In this document: positions 25,601 through 38,746 of the stretch, in pieces
Numbering within the stretch: position 1 is the first letter of the stretch
Layout: every line of letters starts with the position of its first letter
Made by a program: the position numbers and the translations under genes
NCBI RefSeq assembly: GCF_009834535.1
Contig: NC_045696.1
Span: forward strand, 119,538,001 to 119,602,000
Direction of reading: 5' to 3'
DNA length: 64,000 nucleotides
Source of the DNA: Camelus ferus
Taxonomy: Eukaryota
The notes under the pieces: generated by a model
Database searches by the model: none
What the model was told of the DNA's origin: nothing
The model's input: only the letters and a program-made list of their open reading frames with translations

Positions 25601-26399
25601 CCAGCTCCCAAGTGCATATATGCATCCCATGGACCACAAACACCTGCCCTGTTCTCACCTTCCTCAGCACCGCAGACTCTTGGAAAGAGTCCCTAATGGT
25701 GGTGAGACATGAAGTTCCTCTTTATACTGCGGGCTTAGCACGTGCAGTGGGACGGCTCAAGTGGAGGTGACATCTATCGAGCAAAAGAGAGAAAGCTTCC
25801 TCTGAGGCAGGGCACCTGATCACCTATCTAGAACATCATCATGTTGACGGCGACTGTATTCATCTGTTCTGTGCATGTTTATTCACAAACACTGTTCTGG
25901 GCTCCAAGAGCATAGGGGTAAACCTAACAGACAAGGTCCTGGCTCTCGTGGTTCTTCACTGTTCTAAACCAGGAAATGCAGAACACGATAAGGGATAGAA
26001 AGATAAGTAAGCGAATATCCTGGCCTTGAAGAAGACACAGTGTAGCTGAAAGTGGAGGTAAGCAAGCATGACCTAGCTGGAACCAAAGAGAGAGAATGGA
26101 AAGACAGACACAGGAAAACAGAGGACAGGAGGGCGCTGGGGAATTCTGCAGGATGGGAGAGGGCATGGTGGGTCCCAGCCTCTCCTGTGTAGCTGATGGC
26201 CGATGGGCGGGTCCCAGGGGCTGCTGTGTGCTTAAAGTTTCTCACCACGATGCCTTCCCCCCACAATGGGCTCTCACTGCTTGCTGAGAGGGAGGAAGAC
26301 AAAACGGGGTTTTAAAACTGACTGATGGAACCGGTCGGTAATGCGATTCTACGTAAAATACCCTACTATTTGGAGGCCCAAACTGGAGTCCCCTGACAG

Positions 26400-27250
26400 A
26401 TGGTCGAGGCTTGGTCCCCAGCTCTCATGTCCACATGCTCTTCCTTGGTGATCTCACTCAGGCTGGTGGCTCTACAGAGCATCTAAATGCCAGTGACTCA
26501 CAAAAGAAGATCTTCAGCGCCAACATCTTGCCATACCAACCATTAATTTTCACATCCACTTGGAAGCCCAGTGGACACTGGAAGTGTCCTATGGCCAAAA
26601 TGGAATCCTTGTTTTTTCCTGGAATAACTCCAATCTTCCCCCAGCTTCCCGATCAGTTAGTGGTGCCTCCAGTACCAAGTTATTTGAGCCAAAACACTGG
26701 AGTCTTTCTGGACTCCTCTTTTTTTTTTTTTTTTTTTTCCCTAAAACACCAACACTCAACTGAGCAGCTTGTCTAGTTGTTCTGGCTTCAGACAAGATCT
26801 CAAATTCAACCAGTTCCCCGTCTTTCCTCCCCTGTACCGGGCCGCCATCACCTCATACCTTATCACAGATCTCTTGCTTCTCACACTCCCCTCTGCCTCC
26901 TCCCTGCACAACTGCCAGAGTCAACCTTTAAAAATAAAAATAAGGTCATAGACTATCCCTCGTGCAAACCCTCCAGTGGCGTACCACAGCAATTAAAGGA
27001 AAATTCAAACTTCGAACCTCTCATTTGGCTTCCAAGGCCCAGATTATTCTGGCCCCTGACTCTGGCTTCAACCTCACCTTATGTGACACTTTCTCATCCT
27101 TGCAACCCTCTGGGCCACAATAGCCTTTTTTATGTTTCTTAAACACACTGAACTTGCTGCTTGCTTGGAACATTGCTCTGTCCCCTCCATCACAGCATGG
27201 ATGAAGACTCACTTTTTAGGCCTTACTTTCCTGAGGACCATAGTTAAAAT
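26400..27250. mobile_element. LINE-2 fragment
   Basis: L2-like text 'catctaaatgccagtgactcacaaa', 'aaaccctccagtggc...', 'tttcttaaacacactgaactt'; more L2-like pyrimidine-rich sequence at ~28500-30340. Confidence 0.55.
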
Positions 27251-29358
27251 TCACTAGCCAAGGCGGGAGGGTGCGGTGATGAATACTACAAAGTCCTAGC
27301 TCTTGGGGTACTTATGTTCTAAATCGAGGGAACCAGAACATGGCAAGGGATAGACTGTCACCCTGCTCTATAATAGCCTTCCTAGAATTGATCATGCTCT
27401 GAAAAATTTCCTATTCATTTTCTGACTTGTGTCCACCTCCCCTACTCAGTAGACACCGGCAAAGGGAGAGAAGGGAGGGTCCTTAGCCATCTTGCTCTCT
27501 GTGCCATTTCTGGCCCTTACAAAGGGGCCTAGCATAGAGTTGGTCTCAATGAGCATCTTTGACTGTGTAAGTGACTGCGCTTGCATATATTAAAAAATAT
27601 AGGATTAATATGATGGTTATAAAGGAAGAATTTGTTGTAGAAGAAAAGCTGTTTATAGCCCCTCTACCTCACTTGTATCCTTCTAAACCTTGACTTCTAA
27701 TCTCACCCCAACATTACGCTGCTGTCAAGGGTTATTGGACCCAATCATTACGTCCGCCCTCAGGGAAATGCTTGTCAGCCTAATTACTCTAATGCGACAT
27801 ACATTTCCTAGAGGGCAACACAGCTCTTTGCCTCCTATAAAAATGCATTCTTTCAGGGCTGTGCTGAACGTAGATGTTCCAGCGATGGGTTCTGAAGGTA
27901 TTGTTTCCTTTGTTCTTTGACATAAGTGATCATGACCTGATCAGAACCAGAGAGAGACACAATGCAAACACGACTTTGTGTGAGTGGAGGGAAACAAACA
28001 CAGACGGGGGCATCTGCTCTGCCCTCTATATGGACTAACACAAGCAACAATGGACCTGGCTTAACAGTCTGATGCCGGACAAATTATGCTGTGCCTCATG
28101 CTTCAATTTCCTTTCTCTAACATCTAAATAATCATGCTTACTCTTCCTAACTTTCCTGCAATAGACGTATTATTTCGTATCACAGAATTAGGGAATACTG
28201 GGCTCTGGGGTAGCTTGGGAATCATCCCATCCATATGCAAACGTGGAACCCGAGGCCTGGGGAGGTTAAGTGATTGACCCAAGGTCACAGCTGATTATTG
28301 GCAGGGCTGGAAGGAGACCTCAGGTCTCCTGACCCTTCTGCGACCTGTACTGCCAAGTTTGCCCTGCTGTTTAGCTTCTTATGTGTATGGATTTTCTTCA
28401 AGTTAGCTCATACACTTCTTGAGGACAGCAATGATCATCCATCTCTCCCACATGCCTAGTTGGTCATATATGAATAAATACTTCTGGAATGAAGGAATCG
28501 TCCGCCACCAGCCCACACACCCGCCATCCCTCTCTGTTGGAGTCCTCAGTAACTCTGCAGTTACTTCCCCTCATTCATTGAAGTTTAGTGCCTGCCTGTC
28601 TTCCTCTGCACATGACTCCAGTTACTCTGGGCAGCTTCGACAAGCTCCTCAAGGATCCATCTGGCACTCTGGCCACTCGGTTCCCCGAACTCCTCTCCTC
28701 CAGTGATCTTTTCCTCCATCCCACCTCAGCCACCTAGGCCCACGCTCATATACCTTCTGGCTCTTGATTTGAAGCACTGTTATTTGACTACTGCCTCCTG
28801 TCTAGTTCACTTTCTCTAATACCCCGACTCCAACCATTCTTCACCCCCACCAGAAACTCTGATCCTTTGGCCTCATCCACTTTTCACTGTCCTTCCCCTC
28901 CTTACTCTCTGCTTCATCCAGCCTAGATTCCCTGGCCCACCACCGGCATCACTCCTTCGTGTATGTCCACAACACCTCTGACACTTTCCTTCTCCACCAT
29001 ACGTGCCTGGAAAAACTCCCATCCTGGTTAAAGCCAACCCTCTGCCTGCTTTGTCCCTACACCCAAGCAGTGGAACACACCTGGTTAAAAGTCATCACTG
29101 TGCTCTTTAAACTTAGGATCATAAATTATAGGAAGGCCCTCAGCAGTGCCCACTAAGTCATCTCCATAGTCTACCCTCTCCCACTCTTCCGGACTCTTGA
29201 TGTCCAGTCCTCACCTACTGATGTGCTGGGAAGAAAATAAAATTAAACAAAAGAGAGCTAACAGCATCTTTTCCAAGTATCTTATCTTTTCTACTCCTCC
29301 AATCTCCACACCTCAAAATGGATGAAGTGTCTATGTTCTTAACTGAGGCTAAACTTTC

Positions 29359-29843
29359 TGTTGAGACAATTCTCCATGTGTCTCACATTTCTTTTGTTTC
29401 AGGCTCCCTTATCAAGGACATTTGTAGAGTGAACACCTTTGGAGATAGAGATAGTGTGTCCCTTTGGAACAAACATCAGGGATGCTTATGACTGTCCACT
29501 GTCATAAAGGTAATGTCTCCCTCTGGAGCAAAGGACAGGCATGTTTACTGCCCCAGATAAAAGACTCCGGTTCACTGAGCTCAGATTTTCTCACTTGTAA
29601 TGCAACCCCCTGCCTGTGCAGGTGTCACCTGGCCCTGTTCACGTTGCTCTATTGGAACTGAGGTTCTGGAAATTGATGCAAGAAAATTCTAATACTCTGG
29701 CTACTGCTGTTGCTGTGAGAAATGAAGTCCTTTGTCTCTGACCCAAGAGTCTCATGTTTTCGGCCGGCCTCCAGGAAATTGTGACAGGCTAACCTGTTAG
29801 CATGCAAGTAGGGTAAAATCTCAGACATTTCAGAGTTCTTGAT
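29359..29843 (+). mobile_element. ERVL-class solo LTR (MER77/MER68-like) inserted in L2
   Basis: 'tgttgagacaattctccatg...ggagatagagatagtg...gtcctttgtctctgacccaagagtctc...gcaagtagggtaaaatctcagac...agttcttga'. Confidence 0.7.
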
Positions 29844-30349
29844 GTGCGACTTCATCCCTTGAACTGCATCTCATCTCCTCCTGCCTTCTCAAGGACCTTG
29901 CTCCTGCAGGCATCTGCTTTCTCTTCTGCATGGTCGGTTTCCCCCTTTCAACTGTGTCAGTCCTCACCCTATATATAGATAATATCTCCCACCTTAAAAC
30001 ACAAAGACAGCTTCCCTGAGGCTTCTCATTCCTCTCCATCTACCGCCCCATTTCTCTGCTGCCCTTTAAAACAAGACTATTTGAAAAAAATTATCTGTAT
30101 TCCTTCCTCCACTTCTCATTCCAATCATATCTTCAGTTATACCAGTTTCCTGAAACCCTTCCTAAAGTTGTCGGCATCCTCCACATGGTTTAATCCAATG
30201 GTTAGTTCTCATTTCTCTTTTTATTGGACTTAGGAATACACAACCAGTTGACCACTCTCTTTCCTGAAATACATTCTCCCTTGATTTTTTTTTTGTCTTG
30301 TTTTTTAATCCCACTCAGTCTCCTTTGTTGGCTCTTCCTACTGTACTGA

Positions 30350-32085
30350 GGTTATGTGGGTTTAACCCTTTATCCCATTTATATGGTATATTACATTAGT
30401 TGAATTTCAGCTGTTAAACTTACCTTGCATTCCTGAAATCTAACTTTGTCATGGTACATGTATTTTTTTTTTAATGTTGAACTCAATTTGATATTTTGTT
30501 AAGGATTTTTGCATCTTTATTAATGAGGGATGGGTCTGTATTTTTCTTTTCTTGTGATGTCTTTGTCTGGCTATGGTATCAGGGTAATAACACTGGCCTC
30601 AAGATAAGTTGGGAAATATTCTCTTCTTTGTCTTCTGAAAGATTTTATGAAAGATTGATATTATTTCTTCTTTAAGCATTTGATAGAATTCATCAGTGAA
30701 GCCATCTGGGCCAGGAATTCTGTTTGTGAGATTCTAAATTACTAATTCAATATCTTTACTTCTCATAGGTTTAGTCAACTGACTAGTTTCTTTTTGAGTT
30801 GGTTTTGATAGCTTGTGTACTTCCAGAAATTTGTCCATTTCACATACTTGTATAATTTGTTGGTATTAAGCTATTGATAATGTTCCGTTATACTCCTTTT
30901 AATTTTTGTAGGGTTGGTAGCAATATCCTTTTTCCTTTCCTGATTTTGATAATTAGTGCCTTTTCTCTTGTTTTCTTGGTCAGTCTAGTTAAGGGTTTGT
31001 CAACTTTGTTGATCTTTTCAAAGAACCAACTTAAAAAATTTTTTTTTCTCTTTTGCTTTTCTGCTGTAACATTTGTTATGTCATTCCTTCTGCTAGCTTT
31101 GGGTTTAGTTTGCTCTTTGTTTTCTAGTTTCTTTGGGTGGAAGCTTCAGTTTTGGTTTAAGAGCTTCCTACTTTTCTGATACAAGCATCTAAAGTTATGC
31201 ATTTCTAAGCACTGTTTTAGATGCCTCTCATAAACCTTGAAATGTTGTATTTTTGTTTTCATTCAGTCCAACTTATTTAATTGCCCTTGTGATGTCTTCT
31301 TTGACTCATGGGTTATTGAGAAGTGTGTTGCTTGATTTCCAAATATGTGGTGTTTGCCCAGATTTATTTCTGTCATGGATCTCTAATTTGATTCCATTGT
31401 GATCAGAAGACACACTTTATATAGTTTCAATATCCTTTATTTTATTGGGACTTATTTTGGGTTACAGCATATGGTCTATCCTGGAGAATGTTCCACATGC
31501 ACTTGAAAAGAAATGTGTATGTTGCAATTATTGAGTGGAGTGTTCTATAAATATGAAAGACAAGTTGGTTGATAGTGTGTTAAAGTCTCCTATAGTTGTT
31601 CTAGCAATTATTTAACATAGGGTGTTGAAATCTCTATTATTGCTTTTCCATTTTTCCTTTCATTTCTGCCAGTTTTTGCTTCATACATTTCAGGGGCTGG
31701 TTCTTAGATGTATGTACATTTGTAATTGTTCTGTCTTCTAGATGTTCTTACCCTTTATCAAAAATGTCTCCAGTAATATATCTCGTCTTAAGGCTTATCT
31801 TGTCTGATATTAATATAGCCACTTTAGGTCTTCTATGGTTACTTTTTGCATGCTGTATCTTTTCCATCATTTACTTTCAATCACTTATACCTTTGAATCT
31901 CAGGTATGTCTCTTGCTGGCCTGTGACATAGAATTGGGTCTTGCTATTTTATTCAGCCTGATAAAATCTGCCTTTTATATAGGGTGTTTAGTCCAATCAC
32001 ATTTAATGTACTTATTGATATAGTTAGAATTTCTTTTGCCATTTTGATAGTTGTTTTCTATGTCTCATGCCTTTTTTATTCCAAT
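30350..32085 (-). mobile_element. Old L1M ORF2 fragment
   Basis: T-rich antisense L1 ORF2 text ('atagaattcatcagtgaagccatctgggcc', 'tttcaaagaaccaact', 'tatggtctatcctggagaatgttccacatgcacttgaaaagaa'). Confidence 0.85.
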
Positions 32086-32802
32086 GAAGTAATGAAATCA
32101 TGAAGCACCAATGTGTTTGTAAACTACTTAATTTCTCACTAAATAAAATATGAAAAATACAGAAAAACAGAAGACTGATTCTTCTGTCACTCAAACATAA
32201 CTTTATTTAATGTTGCATTATGTTTTCTTCCAGTCTTTAAAAAAAAAGTTTTTCTATTCAGATATTTGCTTGCTTGCTTTTTAACAGATCTTATATCATA
32301 CTTTGCATTCAATTGTATATTTTTCTCTTAGGCAGTCTATTATCTGCATTTTCAGTGTATTTCAACCATAGAAGGGCAGTCACCAGCAGAAAGAGAATTG
32401 AAACAGTTCAGCAGAGACCCTCTCAGACTAGCTTTTGACTAAATGAAATGCTTCTGAATGGCCTGGCTGTTGAAACAAGTGCACTTGGACATGTCCAAGT
32501 GTCGGTTTGGAAGATAAGGTGTCGGAGTCGCACCTGGTGCATCACAAATTTTGGTTATACACTTGGTTCCTAGTTTCTTACTTTGTGAAACAAGAAAAAG
32601 GAAATGTATTTTTCCTGTGTGTTTGATAAAATTCACCTGTAAAATGGCTGGATTTAGTGTCCTGGAGAAGTGGTATGGACTATTTTTTTTTCTTTTACTG
32701 TTGATTATGTGTGTTTGTGTGTGTACACATATAACTCTCCCATGATATCAAGCTAATTGGATTTATGATATTCTAACCTTTTCTCTGCTTATCTATTAGG
32801 TG

Positions 32803-33200
32803 TTTTTTTTTTTTTTTTTGAAGTATAGTCAGTTTACAATGTTGTGTCAATTTCTGGTGTACAGCCCAATGCTTCAGTCATCCGTGAACATACATATATG
32901 TTTTCATATTCTTTTTCACCATAACTCACTACAAGATATTGAATAAAGTTCCCTGCACTATACAGCATGAACTTGTTTATCTCTTCTAGATATATCAGTC
33001 AATATCTGCAAATCTCTAACTCCCAGTTTATCCCCTTCCACCACTCCACTCCTGTCCAGTAACAAGTTTGTTCTGTATGTCTGAGAGTCTGTTTCTGTTT
33101 TGCAAATAAGTTTGTCTTTTTTTTTTTTTAGATTCCACAAATAAGTGATATCATACAGCATTTTTATTTGTCTTTCTGGCTTATTTTACTTAGAATGACA
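32803..33200 (-). mobile_element. Young L1 3' fragment
   Basis: Poly-T followed by 'gaagtatagtcagtttacaatgttgtgtcaatttctggtgtacagc'. Confidence 0.85.
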
Positions 33201-35381
33201 TTTTAAAGGCTACTATTTTAATTTCACCTGGTTTTAAAATTCCAGAATACTAGCACTTAAAAAAATTACCACTGACTTAAATTAATCAAGCTATTTGCTA
33301 ATTTATTTATCCTTCCGTCTCCCATCTCACATATTCCTTCTGGGTTCAGCTTATTTCTTGTTGGAGTATATTCTTTAGTATTTCTCTCAACAACCATCTG
33401 TGAGTGCTATATTTTTAAAATGTGTTTATTTTGTTCTTCCTCTTGAAAGATGGTTTAGCTAGGAATAGGATTCTAGTTTCTCAGTTATGGACCCTCAATA
33501 CTTTGAAGATATTTTCCATTATCTTCTGTAACCTGTGGTTGCTGATAAATCTGCTCACAGGACGACTGTCATTTGTTTTAAGATAACTTGACTTTTCTCC
33601 GTGGTAACTTTAAACATTTTCTTATTGTGTTTGGTATTCCATAATTTCACTACTATGTACGGGTCTCAATTTCTAAACAACTTATTCTACTTGAGACTTA
33701 GCATCTTCCTTGATCTGATAACCCATTTTTCTTCAAGTCTGAAACTGGCTCACACATCATCACTATGCAGACTGCTTCTCCTCTATGCTCTATTTTCTCC
33801 TCTCCAGAAACTCTTTCAGGCATATATAGGGTCTTCCAATTCTACCCTCTAGGTCTCTGAACATATCTGTGCTGCTTTGGCAGTTTGGTATATGCATTTT
33901 TCCACGTATTTCAGGCTCATAAAAATCATTTTATAATATAAGGATTATCTGGCTCAAAAGTCATCGGTAGTTGTCTATTTCCTACCAATAAACTTTTCAG
34001 GTCCTCGTGCATCCAGGCCCTGCCATTGATTAGTTGGGTAGCTATGGGCATGCAACTTCTCTGGGCCCCCATTTCCTAACCCCAAAAGGTTACTGAAAAA
34101 CTTAAATGACACAAAGCACATAAGGTCGTGGCCAATGCCCAACACACTGCAGCACAGTAAGTAACCTCTGGTGTGGCTGCCTAGCCCACAGCGATTACGC
34201 GGGAGTTCACATCAATGTGGCATCTCTCCATTTCAGATGTGAATTCTGAACGGAAGCTGTCCTCAGTTCTAAGATCTTGCTTCCTTTGTTGCAGTGACTG
34301 GCGGAGGCATGGGCACGTGAGTCTAGCCTAACCAGTTAGTCATTCCTTGAGACTTAGAATTTGAGGTGTCCTTTGTGACTGCAGAGTACTTATGATGTGA
34401 GCAGAGCCGCGGGCTGTAGTTACGGGGAATGAAAGCAACATTAGGAAAGGGTGGGGGGATAAGGGTGAGAGAGAGAGATTACTAATATCATTCAAGTTCC
34501 TGGCCTCACTGGATTTGATGATATGAGACTTTTTAATACTATAGATTCCTTTAAAACTTGAATATTTTATAATAGGCCAGAATAACCTTAAAGTAAAGAT
34601 CTTAAAAAGAGTTTCAGCATTTGAACATGAATCTTATTTCACTTTATTGCTCAATTTTATAGATTTCTAACTCCTATTTTTCAGAATGACTATTAGCCTC
34701 TCTGCAGCTATGGAAACGTAGTTGTTGTAATAACAACATTAAATTTGAATGGTTCTGCAGAGTTCCCACAGTTTTTTCGTATCATTATCTTACTTGATTG
34801 TACGAGATGAGTAGGCCAGGTAATATTATGCTTAGTTTCTACAAATGGTGAAATTAAGATGCAAACTCAACGGTGTTCAGGGTGGAGGAGGTGAGAGAAC
34901 CAAGCTGGATATTAAGCACCATCCATCAGGAGAGCTTGGAGCCTTCTTTCTTTGCAAGGTTGTCGGAGATGGTGACTTATACAATACTTTCATTAATTAT
35001 TGTGAATTAGAAAACTTCAGAAGAGCCCAGAGAAGATTCATTAGCTCACTCCTAAAACCTGTTAATATGCATACTCCATCCACAATTGACATTCATACTC
35101 TCAGATGCACTTGTTTTCCTAGAAGTTAATCTTCGCCTGGTTTCTAATCAAGTTCCTATTTACTTTTACATTCTAGAACTTTCTTAGAGGAGAGATTATT
35201 GGGAGTGGGTGGTCGGGGGTAAAGGGATGTATTAATTCCTGGCTAGACATCCACAGTGCTTAACAACCTCTTGTATGAACAAGGGTAAATTCTTACACTC
35301 TTGGACTAAGATCTCTGTATTGGATATAGCACATGGGTAATTGTTGACAACGGTGATATGTGATCAGAAAGTACTCTAGTA

Positions 35382-35580
35382 GGGTAGGGTACAGCTCAGC
35401 GGTAGAGCGCCTACTTGGCATGCAAGAGTTCCTGTGTTCAATCCCCAGTAGCTCTATTTAAAAATAAATAAAATAAAATAAAATAAAATAAAATAAAATA
35501 AAATAAAATAAAAAAATAAACATAATTACTTCTCCCCCCCCAAAAAACCCAACCAACCAAACATAAAACCCCAAATTTTA
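35382..35580 (+). mobile_element. tRNA-Ala-derived SINE with expanded (AAAAT)n tail
   Basis: 'gggtacagctcagcggtagagcgcc...gttcaatccccag', (AAAAT)~10 at ~35465-35515, flanking repeat ctctagta. Confidence 0.85.
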
Positions 35581-36150
35581 AAAATTGCTCTAGTAATATC
35601 ATCACAACACCTTTGTTTTGGAGAACTCAAGTGTTTTCACAGGATTAACTCCTTCACCCTCACCGAACTGACAGGAGAGGCTGGGTGACAAACAACTCTA
35701 TTTTATGTGCTGGAGTTGATGAGGTACAGGGGGAGAGGTAATGATCACAGTGCAAAGCAAGTGCAGCCTGGCTTCCTTCACCATGAGCATTAACCTCATA
35801 GTTACGAGAATCCCTCCATTTTAAGCAGAAAATACAATTTATGATGAGGAATATAATTTTAGGTAGGAAATAGTTCCTATAGAATCAAGGCATTGGTATG
35901 TCACATAATATTGGAAGGATCGTGCTATTAGTTAATCGGCCGTGTTTTAATTTTGCACTCCGATATCTTCATTTTTCATGGGGCTAAAAGCAGCTTTTTG
36001 CTGTAAGTGCAGCGCTATCAGACACGGACAGTCCTGGCATAGATCTCCTTCTCTCCTGACTGCCATTAGACTCAGATCCATCCTCTAAATAAACTCTGTC
36101 CCAAGAGACACAATTGATGAAGGGAACAAGGGACTTTATAAGACCAAGCC

Positions 36151-36158
36151 TGACGTCA
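36151..36158. promoter_or_regulatory. Full palindromic CRE motif TGACGTCA
   Basis: Motif read directly, ~1.2 kb upstream of the ANKRD28 core promoter; function not shown. Confidence 0.35.
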
Positions 36159-37532
36159 CACATTTGTGTTCTAACCGTCTGTACCTTGTATTAACCGAGG
36201 GCTGGGGTCGCCCGGGTGGACGGGCACAAGAGCACAACAGTCTTCTCCCACACAAGCCTGGAATGGTAACTGTGCGCTGCCGAAGAAAGAAAAGCCGTTT
36301 CAGAGCTGTGGGGTGGCGTGGGGGCGTGTGTAGCAGGGTGAGGGAGTCATTCCTCTCCTCCTCCACCCAAGGATGCTATTTATTGGAAATTTAGCACATC
36401 TTTTTTTTTTTTAATTGATTTCTCTCGAGTGGGAGGCAAAGCCTTCAGATGCTAGAAAAGACGGGATGGGGCGGAGGGAATGCAAGCCTGGAAGGAGGAT
36501 TTAGGAGAGAACCATCGCCTTGCTTTGGATTGGAACTGCGAGCGGAGAAACGCTCGGGCGTCCACACCAGTTTGGCTGCCAAGATGCCGCCTTTCCGCCC
36601 AGAATGCCAGCATCGCCCCTTCCCCAAGAGGGCAGCAACCACCAGCGTCCCGTCTCGTCTCCTCTAACCTCCGCAAGTCCGGAGGGGCGCGTTCGGGCGA
36701 GGGGCGCTCTTTCACCTTCGAGGTTCAAGACCCGGGCAGTTCCTGCTCCCCCTCCCCCTTCCCTCCGGCCGTGCCCACCCCCACCCCCGGGAGAATAGCC
36801 GCCTCCCCGGGGCCACCTCTCACCCCACTCCCTTGGCTCCTGCATCTTGCCGAAGGGGCGAATCCTCTCTCCCTCCACGTGCGAGTCGGGTTAGCCCCCC
36901 TCCCCTGGCCGCTCCCAAGAAGGCTGCAGCCCCCAGGTGCCCACCTCTCACGCCCTTTCCGGCCCTTCCCCGGGTCCCTGCAGCCTCTCTACGCTTTGGG
37001 GAGCGTCTGCACGCTCCCTCCACGTGCGAGCCCAGGGCCGTTACCCAACTTCTCCGGACCCCGACCTCCAGCCCCGGGCTCCGCCCACCGCGACCGGGGC
37101 GCGCGCCCGGAGCACCTGGCCGCCCCTCCCCCGGCTGCGCTCCCTCGCTCGCCCCCGCGCCGCGCCACGGCTCCGCGCCCACCCTCGCCGCTTCCTCCTC
37201 CCGCCCCCTCCCCGTCCCCATCCCCGTCCGTCCAGGGGGCGGGGCCCTAGCGAGCGCGGCGGCGTGGCCAATGGGCGCTCGGCTTACTCTGGCCTCTCCC
37301 CCGCACGGCGGCCAATCGCGGCGGGCGGTGGTGGTAATATTGTGGAGTGGAGTTTGGATGCCGCCGCTGCAGCGGGCTGGACCGGCGCGGCCGTGGGGGC
37401 TGCCCGGGTGTCTTGGGAAGGGGGCGTGAGGAGGCGGCGGCGGCGGCGGTGTCAGAGGGGCAGAGGAAGCTCGGGAGGAAAGAGCGAGAGTCCTCCTCGG
37501 AGGAGGCGGGCCCGCCGGCTCCTCACCCCTCG

Positions 37533-37556
37533 CGGCGGCGGCGGCGGCGGCGGCGG
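37533..37556 (+). repeat. (CGG)8 in the presumed ANKRD28 5'UTR
   Basis: Read directly; a shorter GGC run lies at ~37433-37449. Confidence 0.9.
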
Positions 37557-37695
37557 CAGCGGTCGGCGGGGAGGGAGGCGGCGCCGCCCCCCGCCCGCGG
37601 ACTCCTGGGCGCACGGCCGCCAACTCGCCTGCCCCGGGCGCGGGCGAGGCTCCTGGGGCGGCAGCGGTGGCCAGGCGGCGGCGACGGCGACGGCC

Positions 37696-37722
37696 ATGGC
37701 GTTCCTCAAACTCCGCGACCAG
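37696..37722 (+). CDS. ANKRD28: First coding exon of ANKRD28 (PP6 regulatory ankyrin repeat subunit A); the rest of the gene lies beyond the window
   Basis: Strong Kozak gccATGG; encodes MAFLKLRDQ, matching the ANKRD28 N-terminus as I recall it (MAFLKLRDQ|PSLVQAIF...); phase-0 donor CAG|GTAGGC; inside a CpG island. Confidence 0.9.
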
Positions 37723-38746
37723 GTAGGCGAGGGGCGGCGGGGCGGGTCGCCCGGCCCGGGAGCGAGGGCGGGCGGGCGGTGTGGGCCTCTAGGCGCCCGC
37801 TCGGCGGGGCCGGTGCGAGGGGGCGGCCCGCCTGTCAGCGCAGCCGGGGCGGGGAGCCCACGTGCCGCCTCCGGCCGCCGCGAGAGGGGCGGGGCCCGCG
37901 CCACGTCCGGGTCCGCGCCTCTCCTCCAGCCAGGTGAGGCCCGGGCCTAACAGGTGGCTTCCCGTTCCGGGCGGAGCCTGCGGCGGCTGTGATCAAGGGT
38001 CACGACCTTGCTGGTATGCTGGCAGCTCTAGGCCAGCCCTCTCCGGGTCAGAGGCGGTGGATTTTGCTCAGGAGCTGGGTATTCAGGGTGCAAGTTCCTA
38101 GACTTGTTTTCTTGTGTCATCGCATGCACCATCTTGGTTACTTTTCTTGACTTGGGAAGAGCGGAGACAGGAATACCTGAAGCGCCGGAAAGAGTCGTGA
38201 CTCTCTTGGATTGAGGAAATACTTTGTGTCTAGGAACTAAATCGCCTTGATGTCAGTGACTTGTACACCTAAAACCACGGGACGTGGGTAACAGGGCTTT
38301 CAGGCGGTGCAGAGGTGTCCAAACCTTAGTACCTCTCCTTGCAGAAAAAGGAATTAACATGAAATATACGGAGACTCAGGAGACTTATTAGTGCTGAGAA
38401 TTTACTTTTGCCATTTGTTTCTCCGAGTAGAAGATAATTGAACAGGTCTGAAGGGAAGGTGACTTGCATGCATCGGGAAGCTATTCCAAAAGTGAGATCC
38501 CCTGTTGAAAGACAATGGGGAAAACCTTGAGATGCATTCTTCAATATTGTCTCTTAGTGAGTATTGTACCTTCTTTCTGAACCTAAGTAGTGTCATTTCA
38601 TAAGTGACTATTTTGGTTAGGCTAATGGCTGAACTTGTGTATCATTTGGTATCAGGAAGGTTTTAGCTGGTATTAACATCATCAGGACATGATACTTTGA
38701 AAAACTACTGTTCAATCAAGATTATACACTGAAATTTAAATTATAG

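Larger units (their letters stand above)
36450..38060. promoter_or_regulatory. CpG island / ANKRD28 promoter
   Basis: Very GC- and CpG-rich block in otherwise CpG-depleted DNA; GC box ggggcggggc 37236-37245; CCAAT boxes 37268-37272 and 37312-37316; no TATA box. Confidence 0.92.

Noticed and set aside
25192..25770. 192-aa ORF
   Set aside because: Lies mostly in an MLT1-type LTR, has a non-ATG start and no recognisable domain.
36480..37950. Several long overlapping ORFs (196-337 aa) on both strands
   Set aside because: Low-complexity Pro/Arg/Gly/Ala ORFs expected from stop-codon scarcity in a CpG island; only the 9-codon exon matches a known protein.
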